From assembly GCA_951406725.2 (NCBI GenBank), contig OX597833.1, positions 25,296,001 to 25,360,000 on the forward strand: a stretch of 64,000 bases of DNA. Direction: 5' to 3'. Below are positions 13,453-26,559 of the stretch, piece by piece (within the stretch, counting starts at the first letter, position 1; every line of letters starts with the position of its first letter). The stretch is from Octopus vulgaris. Lineage: Eukaryota. Under the pieces are notes generated by a model that saw only the letters and a program-made list of their open reading frames with translations, had not been told where the DNA came from and made no database searches. The position numbers were made by a program, and so were the translations under genes.

Positions 13453-13519
13453 AAATTGACAGAATAAGATAAAAAAACAACAAGGCAGTAAACAGTTTTC
13501 ATAACATTTATCAAGAAAA

Positions 13520-13568
13520 GTTCTTACAGTTGTTTCCGGGATATTTTCTATATCCCTTCATCAGAGAC
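13520..13568 (-). ncRNA. Type I hammerhead ribozyme motif, canonical CUGAUGA/GAAA core
   Basis: Minus strand reads GTCT-CTGATGA-A-GGGATAT-AGAAA-ATATCCC-G-GAAA-CAACTG-T-A-AGAAC. 7-bp stem II and near-palindromic stem III. It lies in an element spanning ~13453-13655. Confidence 0.75.
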
Positions 13569-13809
13569 GGTGCGAGAAAATGTTTGAATATTAATTAATG
13601 TAGAGAAGATATGAAAAACAGAGGGAAGTAAGAGAATGTAAATAGAAGTGAGATACATTAGGATATTGCATCTGCAGTTCCATTATTCATGTAGAAAGGG
13701 ATATAGAAGTTGAGAAAAAATTTTGAAATGTATGTATGTGAGTGTATGTATACATGTTTATAGATGTGTTTGTATGCATGCATGTATATATATATGTATA
13801 TAAAAGTCC

Positions 13810-14110
13810 TGACTGATCCATCTAAGGTGACAACCATGTCCTGCAATACCTCGGGTTCAAGGGCCCCCAGCTATTCAACGCCTAGCCAAAATATCTGAGG
13901 GATCTCCGTTGAGTGGGGTAGATGTTTTCAAGAAACAAATTGACCTCTTGCTATCCAAGCTCTCAAGTGAACCAATATCAAGGAAGGAAACTCAAAGGAG
14001 TTCACCAAAGGTCAATCACATAAAATTGGACAAGTAAAAGGTGATTACAATGGTAGTGCCCCAGCATGGCCACACTCTTACGACTGAAATATATAAAAGA
14101 ATAAAAGAAT
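13810..14110 (+). mobile_element. CR1-group LINE 3' end (decayed ORF2 C-terminus and 3' UTR)
   Basis: Translates LGFKGPQLFNA*PKYLRDLR*VGVDVFKKQIDLLLSKLSSEP. The tail is GTGCCCCAGCATGGCCAC...GACTGAAA...AAAAGAATAAAAGAATA. Confidence 0.7.
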
Positions 14111-14155
14111 ATATATGCATATATGTATATATGTATACACACACACTACACACAT

Positions 14156-14243
<88 letters not shown>

Positions 14244-14272
14244 GCAGACACACACACATATACATAAATACA

Positions 14273-14675
14273 TAGGCGCAAGCGTGGCTGGTAGTAAGTA
14301 GCTTTTTTACCAACCTCATAGTTCCGGATTCCGTCCCACTGCTTGGCACCTTCTACTATAGTCTTGGGTCGACCAAAGCCTTGTGAGTGGATTTGGTAGA
14401 CGGAAACTGTAAGAAGCCTTATATATATATATATATATGTATATAGACATGTATGTATAATGAATATACGATTATGTCCTTGTGTATTTGTTTGACCTTC
14501 CATCTTTCAATAACCTGTATCGATTTGTTTATGTCCACATAGATTTAGTAAAAGATACTCTCAGAATAAATATCAGAGTTTGAAAAAGTATGCCTCGGGA
14601 TCAATTTCCTCGTCTAAACACTTCGAGGACGTTCTCCAGCAAGACCGGAGCCCAATGTTTGAAAGTAAAAGATAA
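14273..14675 (+). mobile_element. SINE family 2, diverged full-length copy
   Basis: Head TAGGCGCAAGCGTGGCTG, body GACCAAAGCCTTGTGAGTGGATTTGGTAGACGGAAACTG and a decayed tail. Confidence 0.8.
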
Positions 14676-14715
14676 AAAATAGATGAATACACATCCGAAA
14701 AACAAGATATACAAC

Positions 14716-15480
14716 ACATTATCAACATAATTTATTCAACTGCAATTATGCATAAAGTTAGACGAACACATGAAAACAAGGGTTAAAACAAAAGACAATG
14801 CATCAGCAGCATGAATGCAATGGAAATATATCTTGGCATGAAACAACATAGGAAACAAGATGGAGCATCTTCCTAGAAAACTATCAACGTGCGTATGGAA
14901 CCGACAGCTAGAAAACTAACGATAAAGAAAGATCACCATAGTTATACAGTACTCGTTCTGGTATTGAATTCCCATATATCGCTGGCGGAAAGGTGATTCG
15001 CTGTTATATCTATTGGTCGAGCGTCCACCCCGATGAGATCAGGGAAGTTTGAAATCACGTGGCCCCATCGTCTTGGCGTTGAAGTTGGTGGATATGTCTC
15101 TCCCCGCTCGTGATATAAACAAGCGTGCATTTTGCACTAAAAGCTTATATTAGAGTCTCTTTCATGGTAATAACTGCAGTAAAGTTTGTTCTAATAAAAC
15201 GTCTACATTAAGTGGGAACAAATATTACTTCTCAGCATTAATACGGCTTCTTTTTCTAATATATACTCTAGATATATAGAACAATTTGCACTTCAACAGC
15301 AAGCAAATACTGTCAATAGGTGTTCCTTGAAAATCAGCCATCAAAAAACAAAAAATCACGCACAAAATCCGAAATTGAAGTCCATCGTTGGAAGCTGAAA
15401 CATCTAAATTATCTACCTTGAAGAAAGCACCACTCTCCCTAATAACAATATTTGTATCACCACAAGCAAATTACCTGAAA
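14716..15480 (-). other. Candidate terminal exon / 3' UTR of a minus-strand transcript
   Basis: Acceptor TATTCTCTCCCCTCTTACAG ending at 15481, apparently non-repetitive body, AATAAA at 14736-14731 followed by GT-rich TGTGTTGTATATCTTGTTTTT. Confidence 0.3.
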
Positions 15481-15552
15481 CTGTAAGAGGGGAGAGAATA
15501 CTAACAAATCTTTAAGCCTCAAAAGTACTCCAAGCGGAAGGCATACACACAC

Positions 15553-15885
15553 ATACCTACCTGCCTGCCTAACTACCTATATACCTACCTACCTACCTAC
15601 CTACCTACCTACCTACCTACCTACCTACCTACCTACCTACCTACCTACCTACCTACCTACCTACCTACCTACCTACTTACCTACCTACCTACCTACCTAC
15701 CTACCTACCTACCTACCTACCTACCTATCTACCTACTTACCTGCCTACCTACCTACCTACCTACCTACATACATACATACTTACCTGCCTACCTACCTAC
15801 CTACCTACCTACCTACCTATATACCTACCTACCTACCTACCTACCTACCTACCTACCTACTTACCTATCTAGCCACCTACCTACA
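15553..15885. repeat. (CCTA)n / (TAGG)n microsatellite, ~330 bp
   Basis: Direct reading. Confidence 0.95.
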
Positions 15886-15959
15886 TACATACATATACAC
15901 CCCCTAGTGAATATATATATATATATATATATATATAGGTAGTGGTATATATATATATA

Positions 15960-16295
15960 TATAATACAAAATGGGACAAGAACACAAAGCATCCGGACAG
16001 CTAGGTGATACAAAAAGGGACAACAAAACATCCAGATAGACGATACAAAAAAGGACAACAAAATGTCCAGATAGACGATACAAAGAAAACAAGGACGGGT
16101 CATTCGAAGTTTACTTTCCACAGTCAAGCACCAGATTATCCTAGCAATTTCGGCTGATTATTCTTGAGATTGCTCCAATCTGGCCAGCTCCAAGGAAAGA
16201 CTAAGCTAAGAGCATTGGATTCCTTGGAAGAAAGCAGTAAATGTATACAAAAACAAGCACGGAAAAAACGGACAATGTTACACAAATATAAATAC
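15960..16295 (-). mobile_element. Second copy of the 190-693 repeat family, between (TA)n tracts
   Basis: Reverse-complement similarity to ~430-690. Internal ~36-bp tandem GATACAAAAA.GGACAACAAAA..TCCAGATAGAC at 16007-16085. Confidence 0.6.
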
Positions 16296-16304
16296 AATAT
16301 ATAC

Positions 16305-16399
<95 letters not shown>

Positions 16400-16454
16400 T
16401 ATACATATACATACATATATATATATATATTTATATATACATATACACACACAC

Positions 16455-16505
<51 letters not shown>

Positions 16506-16556
16506 GGTATATATATATATACACATATACACATATATATGTATGTATGCATATAG

Positions 16557-17450
16557 TAAAATAAGGATTCAGATAGAGTCAGGTACTTGAAAAGATATGT
16601 AGCAGGTAGGGTTGGATAAATCTGTGGTTACGGCCTATGGTTGATACGTGTCAAATAGAATATTCCGGTTGAGTACACAGAGAAAACCAACCTTATGAGT
16701 ATTTAGCGCCTAGGGGTGGTCCAAATCACGTGTTACTTTGAATAGTATGTTGTTAGTATACTCTAGAGTGTCCGACATTACGATGGATAATTGTCAGCTC
16801 AGTACAGCTGTTTTTATAGAAGAATGAAACACCGTAATCATCAGATGAGAAATAATTTTACAACTAAGTTGGCCGTTGAGGTTATGAATATAGTGCATCA
16901 AAGTGTGTAATATGATATCTAAGGTCAGCGATCCGTGTGAGATAGGACTCTGCTACACTGGTTCTTAAGAAGGCCGGAGTGGGGTGTAGGTGATATTTTG
17001 TTATATTAGTCTTAGAGCAGTGAGAAGTAAAGAGAGGTCAAAATATAAATTAAGGAATAAGATAGAATAAATAAAGCAAAAACAAAGGTGAAGAAAAATA
17101 AATGCAAACAAGCCAATTAGGCATAGGGTTGGGGTCTAAGATTTTCTAGCTAAGGCTAAAAGACAAAGGCAGCGGGCAGAGATACAGAGGATTTATCGTT
17201 ATTCTGTGGATATTGGTCGAAAGTTGGGGGAAGGTGCGAAAGCAATCGAATAATAAGATCTAACTTGTTTGTAGTTGTAGTGTTAGTAATAGTAGAGTAC
17301 TACTTATCATTTAGGAATTTAAAGAAGGATGAAGTTATATAATAAACTACACCTAGTACGAAGTTAGAGGGAATACTCAAATATTATTAAACTGGTTTTA
17401 CCACTGTAGTCTTACGAGTGGTGACAGAAGTGTCTATTGTATTTTTTTCA
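16557..17450 (-). mobile_element. Highly decayed Penelope-like ORF remnant (tentative)
   Basis: Frameshifted minus-strand peptides VIWTTP...FLCVLNR...HRFI loosely resemble the W.NPP...FL...KIFN linker between PLE RT and GIY-YIG. Abuts (TA)n. Confidence 0.3.
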
Positions 17451-17699
17451 CAATCTGTATTTATTTGTATTTTTCATAATTTCTATTTTTGAATCATCTT
17501 GGCGAAAGCACATCTTTAACATAGCAAAAACTGCATAGCCACAACTGGGACTTCTCAAATTTAGAATTTATTCCCCCCTCCCCACACATCTATTATTCAT
17601 GTATTACAAAGCTAAAACGACGCCGACAATCGTGTATCGACTCCAACCTTGGACAATAGTGTATTGACTCCAAACTGATATATATGCACAGATATACAA

Positions 17700-17900
17700 C
17701 AGTGCGGCCTTTGATAAGTCCCAGATACTCGCCTGCCACTGTTCTAACCTGTCTCCACTACCTATAACGACCTCTGCTCCTTGGATATGGTTGAGCATAT
17801 TCTCTATCTAACTTGCATAACTTTTGATGCGTCAAACCCAACTTGATATAATTAGAAATAGATGCCCGAACCAGCAGAAAGTGATATGAACATGTTTGGT
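17700..17900 (-). mobile_element. Decayed LINE RT C-terminal fragment
   Basis: Minus strand TTC TGC TGG TTC GGG CAT CTA = FCWFGHL, resembling the RLRWFGH motif. Confidence 0.35.
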
Positions 17901-18686
17901 AATTCTACAGAATAAAAAGAGCTCTGATTCCACACAAAAGACAGTACATTGCTTTGTTGACCTTTAAAATTTGCACATTTTTAACGCATGCGCGGAAAGC
18001 AAAGTGAATTGATGTGATTTGTTTTGGTTTTGCGAAATTTCAAATACAGAACGTAAAGTATAGAATATTAAGCAGACACAGACAAGTTTGTATTTCTCGC
18101 ATTTGTCTGATACAACTGCGTGTTAACATACTGTTAAGGCGACGCGACTTCTAACCATCGTATTGTCCGTGCCCAAATCGATATTCTATATCGTCTCTAT
18201 GTCTGACTTTTCTGGTATGTTGTCTCGAGAGTATATATGTTTTCTTTGCGTGGCAAAAAGCACAATACAGTCAGAGCAGGAACACATTTGATTATTAGCC
18301 TGCTTGATCAGAGATGCTGCGGGGTTAAGCAACACAAACAATGACAAGAGTGGAGACAAAAGCAGCAGCACCGCTACCACAATGACAAACACTAGATAGC
18401 AACTGCATCAATGAATTGCAATAACAATTCGACATTGGGACATCTGAGTGGTCACAGGGTTTACTGGAAGTAACAGCAAAATCTCTTTCTAATCGCAGGC
18501 GATTGCCATAAAAGTGTAGAGGTTGAGTAATGTAATGCTTGATACATAAAAGTGTAAGGTGGCGGTTGTAGTAACTGGAATACATTTGTTTATAGGACTC
18601 CTCAATCAGAACTGTCATTGCATTTAACATTAACAGCAGCAACTGAAAATCAAACATTCATTATTGATCTTACAACCACGTCTTTC

Positions 18687-19355
18687 AAGGCAGAAACGTT
18701 AGCACGCGAAATGCTTAGCGGTATTTCGTTTGCCGTTACGTTCTGAGTTCAAATTCCGCCGAGGTCGACTTTGCCTTTCATCCTTTCGGGGTCGATTAAA
18801 TAAGTACCAGTTACGCACTGGGGTCGATGTAATCGACTTAATCAGTTTGTCTGTCCTTGTTTGTCCCCTCTATGTTTAGCCCCTTGTGGGCAGTAAAGAA
18901 ATAGGTATTTCGTCTGCCGCTACGTTCTGAATTCAAATTCCGCCGAGGTCGACTTTGTCTTTCAACCTTTCGGGGACCATCAATAAAGTACCAGTTACTC
19001 ACTGGAGTCGATGTAATCGACTTAATCCGTTTGTCTGTCCTTGTTTGCCCCCTCTATGTTTAGCCGCTTGTGGGCAATAAAGAAATAAGAATCGTTAGCA
19101 TGCCAGGCAAAATATTTAGCGGCATTTCACCCGTCTACGTTCTGAGTTCAAATTCCGCCGAGATCGACTTTGCTTTTATCCTTTCATGATCGATAAAATA
19201 CAAGTCGGTTGAACAGTGGGGTCGATTTAATCGACTTAGCTGTCCCCTCAAACCTGCTGGCCTTGTGCCAAAATTTGAGTCCAATACCACTTTTAAGGCG
19301 ACGAGCTGGCAGAGTCGTTACCATGCCGGGGAGAATGCTTAGCGGCATTCTTCTG
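18687..19355 (+). mobile_element. SINE family 1 multimer (three tandem units plus a further head)
   Basis: GTTCTGA.TTCAAATTCCGCCGAG.TCGACTTTG repeated at ~18740, ~18925 and ~19140; an extra head at 19295-19350. Confidence 0.85.
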
Positions 19356-19934
19356 TTATTACGCACACTACTCCACATCATATTTCTAGACTACAGCACA
19401 CCATACAAAAATACGCTACAAACCTGTCCAATGCTGTAATGTTCTGCATTTACATTCTGCACTATGTTGTAGCTAAAAACAACAGCGATAACTGACATAA
19501 AAAAACTATTTGGTCTCTTAGAGGCTTTGTGAAGGTTGTGCGAAACTTCTCTTATTTATCCAACCAATGAGGAAGCCTCTTCATATTCCTTCGACCTGTT
19601 TGAAACGGCACACAGTTCACTCTGCTCAGGTGAAAGGTTAAAATGCGACAATGAATAATATGGTCTTATATACCCGTAAAAACAAGAAGACTCTGGTTGG
19701 GGTGCCTTTAATCAAACATCTGTTGAATTAGAAATGATCTTGCGCTAGACAACTACAGTGAGCACCATAAAGAGTCATTGACATTTCCCTTCGTTTCGAC
19801 GAAATGTTTAAAAATATGCTACATTAAGTAGTACAGGAAGGACACAATGTGCCTGAAATGCTTTGCGTTACAACAGTCTACAGTAAACTACAGCACAATA
19901 TACGTTATATTACTGCACATTGTCTCACACCATG

Positions 19935-20200
19935 CTATGCTAGAGTACACAGCAATACACTGGAGTATACTACAGCAAAATAGAGTACACTAGAGCATTT
20001 TAGAGTAAGTTGCAGTACACAAGAGTATACTACAGCATACTAGAGCAAACTCAATAGACTAGAGTACATTGCAGTGTACTATAGTACACTAGAGCATACT
20101 AGATTAAACTACAGCATACTAGATTATACTAGAGTACACTACAACATACTAGAATATACTACAGCATACTAGAGTACACTGCAGAATTCTAGAGTATACT
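19935..20200. repeat. Degenerate 10/20-bp minisatellite (TAGAGTACAC / TACAGCATAC)
   Basis: 10-nt periodicity visible in the sequence columns. Confidence 0.8.
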
Positions 20201-20274
20201 TCAGACTACTCATGCACACCACATTATACTAAACTGCAATATTGTACCTCAAATGACCCCACACAACACTGTAT

Positions 20275-21170
20275 GGCTTCAGATTTTGGCGCAAGGCAAG
20301 CAATTTTAGGGGAAAAGGTAAGTCGATATCATCGACCCAATGCTGTACTGGTACGTATTTTATCGATCCCGAAAGAATGAAAGCTAGGGTCGACCACGGC
20401 AGCATTTGAACCCAGAACGTAAAACCAAAAGAAACGCCGCTTAGCATTTTGACCAGCGGGGTATCGATTCTGCCTGCCTACCGCCTTATGCTTAGAATGC
20501 CATATAAATGAATAACATTGGTTTCAAATTCTGCCACAGGACCAGATATTTGGGCGCGGGTTGGGAATAAGTCGATTACATCTACTGGTACTTTTTTTTT
20601 TGCTGACCCCTAAAGGATGAAAAGAATGGTCGACTTGGGCAGAATTTGATCCTAGAAGTTAGCAACAGACAAAATGCCACTAAGCATTTTGCCCAGCGCG
20701 CTAACAATTCTACCAGCTCATCACCTAATGAAGGCATATTTATTTCGACTTTTGGCCCAAAGTCAGCATGTTCGGAAGCAAAAGGGTAATTACATAGACC
20801 TAGGTACTCAACTGGTATTTATTTTATCGATGCCAAAATTATGAACGGCAAGGTCGACCTCGGCAGAATTTGAACTCAGAACGTAAAGACGGACGAAATA
20901 CTGCTTAGTATTTAGCCCAGTGAGTTAAAGATTCTTATTTCTTTACTACCCACAAGGGGCTACACACAGAGAGGACAAACAAGGACAGACAAACGGATTA
21001 AGTCGATTATATCGACCCCAGTGCGTAAATGTTACTTATTTAATCGACCCCGAAAGGATGAAAGGCAAAGTCGACGTCGGCGGAATTTGAACTCAGAATG
21101 TAGCGGCAGACGAAATACCGCTAAACATTTCGCCCGGTGTGCTAACGATTCTGCCAGATCACAGCCTTAT
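20275..21170 (-). mobile_element. Cluster of four SINE family 1 copies of different ages
   Basis: Repeated GTCGAC..CGGC.GAATTTGA.C.CAGAA motifs near 20390, 20630, 20855 and 21070. Confidence 0.8.
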
Positions 21171-21419
21171 TATGAAGGCTTAATACCAGACCTATATAAT
21201 CGCTAGGCTTCAAATCACAACCTGTCATCTTAAAAATATAGAAAGGACACTTTGGGTGATGTTCTCGATAAAGAGGATGGTCATGCGTGGAACACTCTTG
21301 ATTTCTGATCTCCCCAATCAATCATTGATCTGGGAGTACACAAAATGCATCAAAGTTAGCAGCATAACAAACTAAAATCACAATACGCGATTGTACAGCA
21401 TCAATCATCAGAACTATCA

Positions 21420-21824
21420 TTTTCATCACCATTGCAACCATCACAACCATATCGTCACCCACTCGTCGTCGTTTGTATCAGCACCATCACCATAACCATA
21501 ACTAACGGCGACAGCCGGGATGCTTATGATGATGGTGGACATGATGATGAGGGTGATGATGAGGATGATGATGACGATGATGCTGACGACGACGACGATG
21601 ATGATGGTTATGGTGATTATTATGATGATGAAGGTGATGGCAATGATCGTCATCACCACCACCACCGACATCACCAGTAAGAACACTACTATTACTACTA
21701 CTCCTAATCCCCCGCCTTCTATCACTATTATTACTACTGATGCTGCTGCTCTACCTCCCCATCCCCTACTCCCTCTCTTCCACCACCACCACCAACAACA
21801 ACAACAACTACTACTACTACTACA

Positions 21825-21856
<32 letters not shown>

Positions 21857-22180
21857 CACCACCACTACTACGACGACGTCGCCGAGACGACTACCACCAC
21901 CACAAATACCACCACAACGACGACGATGACGACAACCACCACCACCAACAACAACAACAGCTGCAGCAGTAAACAGCAACAGCAACAAAAACAAGAACAA
22001 CAACAAAAGCCCTGCCATCAATACAACCACTTTCAACATAACCATTATTATCGCATTTTCTAGAAGCAGCAGAAGCATCATCAACAGTTGTAGCAGCAGC
22101 AGACGTAATGCAGATGTCAAACAGACGTAAAACTGGAGAGTGACTAATCCAGTTAAATTACACATCACCATTACAACTAC
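21420..22180. repeat. Compound trinucleotide low-complexity tract (GAT, CAC, CAA, CTA, CAG)
   Basis: Direct reading. Confidence 0.9.
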
Positions 22181-22244
22181 TGCTGTTGGGGTAAAATGTA
22201 AGATATCCCTCGTTTACGATCTCTGCCTCCTTCATCCATTCCTG

Positions 22245-22313
<69 letters not shown>

Positions 22314-22314
22314 A

Positions 22315-22427
<113 letters not shown>

Positions 22428-22461
22428 AGTCAATTCTGTTGTTAAATATATATACACATAG

Positions 22462-22523
<62 letters not shown>

Positions 22524-22601
22524 GTAGATAGATATATGTATGAATACACACACACACACACGCATGCACACACACACACACACATACACACACACACGCA
22601 T

Positions 22602-22683
<82 letters not shown>

Positions 22684-22929
22684 CACAGGCAATCACACAA
22701 CTCAATCCACGTCGACACAGACAAAACAAGAAAACCTTAACAATACATACAGACTGTTATCTCTTTTCACCAACCACCTGCACGCATATCCGTCCACCCC
22801 AGCACTACAGCAACTTACCCCACCCTTGCGTAAAGCATGTAGAACCCCCCGCCACAACTACTACTACAGTTTATTTACATCATCACAATGAAATAGAGTA
22901 CGACCACCCCCAGCAAACACATATCACTC

Positions 22930-23205
22930 ATAATCCACCAACGCCAGCACAACCACCACTGTCACTGCCTGCACCCCCACCGCAGCCATCACCACCGCCA
23001 CCGCCACCGCCACCGCCACTACCACCGCCATCACCGCCATCACCGCCATCGCCACCATCACAGCCATCAGCGCCATCATCACCATCACCAGCACCAGCAG
23101 CACTACCACTTCCATCGTCGCCACTATTATCACCACAGCCGCCATCACCGCCACCGCCAACGCCACCGCCAACGCCACCTCCACCACCACCACCACGACC
23201 ACGGT
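22930..23205. repeat. (CCA/CCG)n low-complexity tract
   Basis: Direct reading; it is the source of the poly-Pro and poly-Gly ORFs. Confidence 0.9.
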
Positions 23206-23855
23206 GTCCATGTGGTTGGTAGACTTGCTGTACATAGCGGCAATGTCTTCCACACATCAAATCTTACCGTATTCAAAAAAGAAAAAAAAATAGAACACAA
23301 TAATGTACTCTTAAATATACTGTTTGAAAAAGATATGGAGGCCACGTCTGGAACGTCTTTGATTATTCGTTTGTTCAATCAAAAATTTCCATCCATGACA
23401 GTCCACCTTCGTTTCCCAAAATTACAAAACAACACCAAACATCACCTCTGTCACATCCTAGAAACCTTTACGTGGTTGCTTAAATGCTAAACATAGCAGC
23501 CAAATTTCCGTAAATTACAATCTACCATCATATACGAGCTGATGTTCTTTCTTTATCATTTAGACATGAAGAAACACAGCAGCGTTTGCGATTCTTAGGA
23601 TTTAGGGAGGAAGAAATCTCTACACCAGATACCTAGTCTAATGCCAGTCACAGAATCAATTCTGAAAGGGGAACCCTGGGGTCAAGAGGTAGTGTTAAAT
23701 TGGACTAAAAATGAATTCCTTTTACCCAAGTAAGCTACGGTATGATTTGAACTCAAACGAAAGAGCTTGAACCAATACGGAAAGTCATCCTGTCCTACGC
23801 GTTAAAAATCCGTTAATCAATCACCTCAGATTTGTACTTTATTCATCCACCTCAG

Positions 23856-24030
23856 AAAGGCAGCGAGCTGGTAGAATCATTAGTACGTCAGACAAAATGC
23901 TTGGCTGTATCTCTTTTGGCTTAATGTTCTGAGTTCAAATTTCGCCGAGGTCATTTTTGCATTTCATACTTTCGGAGTCGATAAAATAAATGCCTACTAA
24001 GCACCGAGGTCAATGTAATCAGCAAGCCTA
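23856..24030 (+). mobile_element. SINE family 1, diverged
   Basis: AAGGCAGCGAGCTGGTAGAATC...GTTCTGAGTTCAAATTTCGCCGAGGTC. Confidence 0.75.
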
Positions 24031-24419
24031 TTCTGCCATATTCTAGGCATTGAATCTGTAATTCGATAAACGTTATCGATCGCTTTGGCGGTGAGAGGCC
24101 AAGGTGATCTCGGCATAACAGAAATTCAGAATATCGAAGAGTCTGAGTAAACATTTACGACATTTCTTCCGACATTTCCCGTCTATACTATTTTAGATGA
24201 CGTAGAGCTAGATAAATCGATACCGGAATACCACAAAACATGGCCATGTTTGGAACGCTCTAGGTAATAGATTTGCGTAATCAGAACAACAATCACACGA
24301 GCAAATGAGAGATCCTATATGCGGCCCCTCTTCCTGCTACAAATTTCCTCAAAAACAACTTCTTATCTATAGATAGTCACGTTAGATAATGTAACCCTGT
24401 CTTCATTTATAATCTACTT

Positions 24420-25240
24420 TTCAGATCATAGTTGAGGATAGGCAAGAAAATCAAACTGAAAATATTTTAAGTTCGACTTTTTCACCAGCCTCTCCTGTTC
24501 TGAAGATCGAATGCTGCCAGCACTTGCAATTCTAACATCAATTTCAGCCACCACCAACCCCACCATCTCTTGTAAATACTTGAACTTCTATGGATATTAT
24601 TCTACCACTACGTCTCCTGCCGGCAGACTCAGCTTGCAGAATTTGTCTGGCGATCTTTTCCACGGGTATTCTAGTAACAGGTCTGTAGTGCCAGAGATGT
24701 GAACTGTCAATGAGGGGAATTAGTGGCTCGACCTGGAGAAAATCTTCGATCACTTACTTAGATATTCTTCGGAGGAATCTCAATTTAGCCGCAAATATTC
24801 GCGATCGTGCCATCTGCTATTACGTACATCTAGGACCATAATTGAGGATAGGCAAGGAAACCGAAATAAAGATAACAAGTCTGACTTTGTCACCACTCTC
24901 ACCTCTCTTGAAGATGGTGCAATTATTTTAACAGCACTTTAGCATCCATCCCAGTTTTCTGCCTCCCATCTCTCTTGAATACTTAATTTTCTTTAGCCTC
25001 TGTGATGCTCCATAAACATGTACAGTACAATGGAAAGAATTTCTTGAGAGGAACAATATCCTAGTCTTTGTTGCACTTATTGTCATCTCTACCTTGTAGT
25101 ACTAGGCAGCAAACCCATTCGGTGCATACTAGACATTACCTTCTGATAAACCAAATATCAAGCAGCACCGCCTCGTCTGCAAATATCAGTGCATCTGTAA
25201 ATAAAACGAATGGGCTCGTTACAGTAGGAACCACTTCGAT
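24420..25240 (-). pseudogene. Decayed RTE-clade LINE RT fragment, left arm of the inverted duplication
   Basis: Minus strand DALIFADEAVLL (~25160-25195) and LWHYRPVTRIPVEKIARQILQAESAGRRRSGR. 24420-24590 duplicates 24830-24990. Confidence 0.7.
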
Positions 25241-25877
25241 CATAGATGTCATATAAAGCAAAGCTGACATGATTATAAGCAGGTGATACATCTTAGATGA
25301 GTTTCATTAATGAATTTCCCATTTCTTCTATCTTTGGAGTTGCTTCGATTTATGGAATTTCTTTTAAAATAAACAAAGTTGTGTCTTCAATATGTTCGTT
25401 AGGGGAAATCAGTTCCAGGCAGTTCACACAAATACTTATATTGAATTAAATATGTATTCTGTCCAACGATGTTCTACACATTTTTATCACCTATGCGTTT
25501 TTACTCACAAAGGTTGTTGCTACAGAAAACCGTGACACAAGATGTCCATGACTGCAATGCGATTTATTCGCTATTTCTGTATTGCTGCCATGATGGCTTG
25601 GCGTAAGCGATAACAAGAACACAATAACGTAGGTAGAAGAAATAAACCAAGAGGCTTTTAAAATTGAAAAATTATGAAAGGTAAAAAGAGAAGCTCTCTA
25701 AATGATATGATAAATGGAGAAATCCAAGCAATTCTCGCTTTACTTGTACAATGATGAGTAGATGGTGTTGTAATGTAGTACCAGCCAGTGGTACGGTCAA
25801 GCTTGGAACGTGTTTAATCATAGCTCTGCTCGATCAGGTTTAAGCTGAGCATAGTAAAAACAAAGGCTACTATCATG

Positions 25878-26088
25878 GTGACGAATGAATCGTTAGCACA
25901 ACAAGCAAAATGTTTAGCGGCATTTCGTCCGTCGCTGCGTTCTGAGTTAAAATTCTGCTGGAGTCAACTTTGCCTTTCATCCTTTCAGTGTCGATAAATT
26001 AAGTACCAGTCAAGAACTGGGGTCGATGTAATCGACTATCTCCTTCCCTTAAATTTCAGGCCTTGTGTCTACAGTAGAAAGGATTATT
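25878..26088 (+). mobile_element. SINE family 1, alternative tail
   Basis: Same head and central domain; tail AAATTTCAGGCCTTGTGTCTACAGTAGAAAGGATTATT. Confidence 0.8.
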
Positions 26089-26486
26089 ACACATGTCATC
26101 ACTACCGTTACTCCTCACTAATAATGCTAATCCTGTGTGGTTAGGTTTAGCACCACTATCGCCATTACCACCATAACACCACCATTGAAGACAATGCGTT
26201 TGCCTCTGTTTAGTGCTTGATCGCACATCTTGTTAGAATGGAAGTCAAAATCTCCTTCAAAATCACACCGCAACAGACATTGGTTATCCAGAAAGAAAAA
26301 AAAGAAAAGAAATCAAAAATTGGCTGGAACACATTTGGTCATCGGTCAACTCCATCAGAGCTGAAATGGAGTTATTCAACAACAGCAACAGCAGCAACAA
26401 CAACTGCAATGACCATCACACTCGAACACCTACATTAGAGCGACCGTCACTGCTTACACACCAGTAAATTCTTTCGCCCACACCTC

Positions 26487-26559
<73 letters not shown>

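Noticed and set aside
14942-15130. 62-aa minus-strand ORF with normal composition
   Set aside because: No recognisable motif, and it lies inside the candidate 3' UTR; a chance ORF is the simplest explanation.
15553-15885. Interstitial telomere
   Set aside because: The unit is TAGG, not TTAGGG or TTAGG; it is an ordinary tetranucleotide microsatellite.
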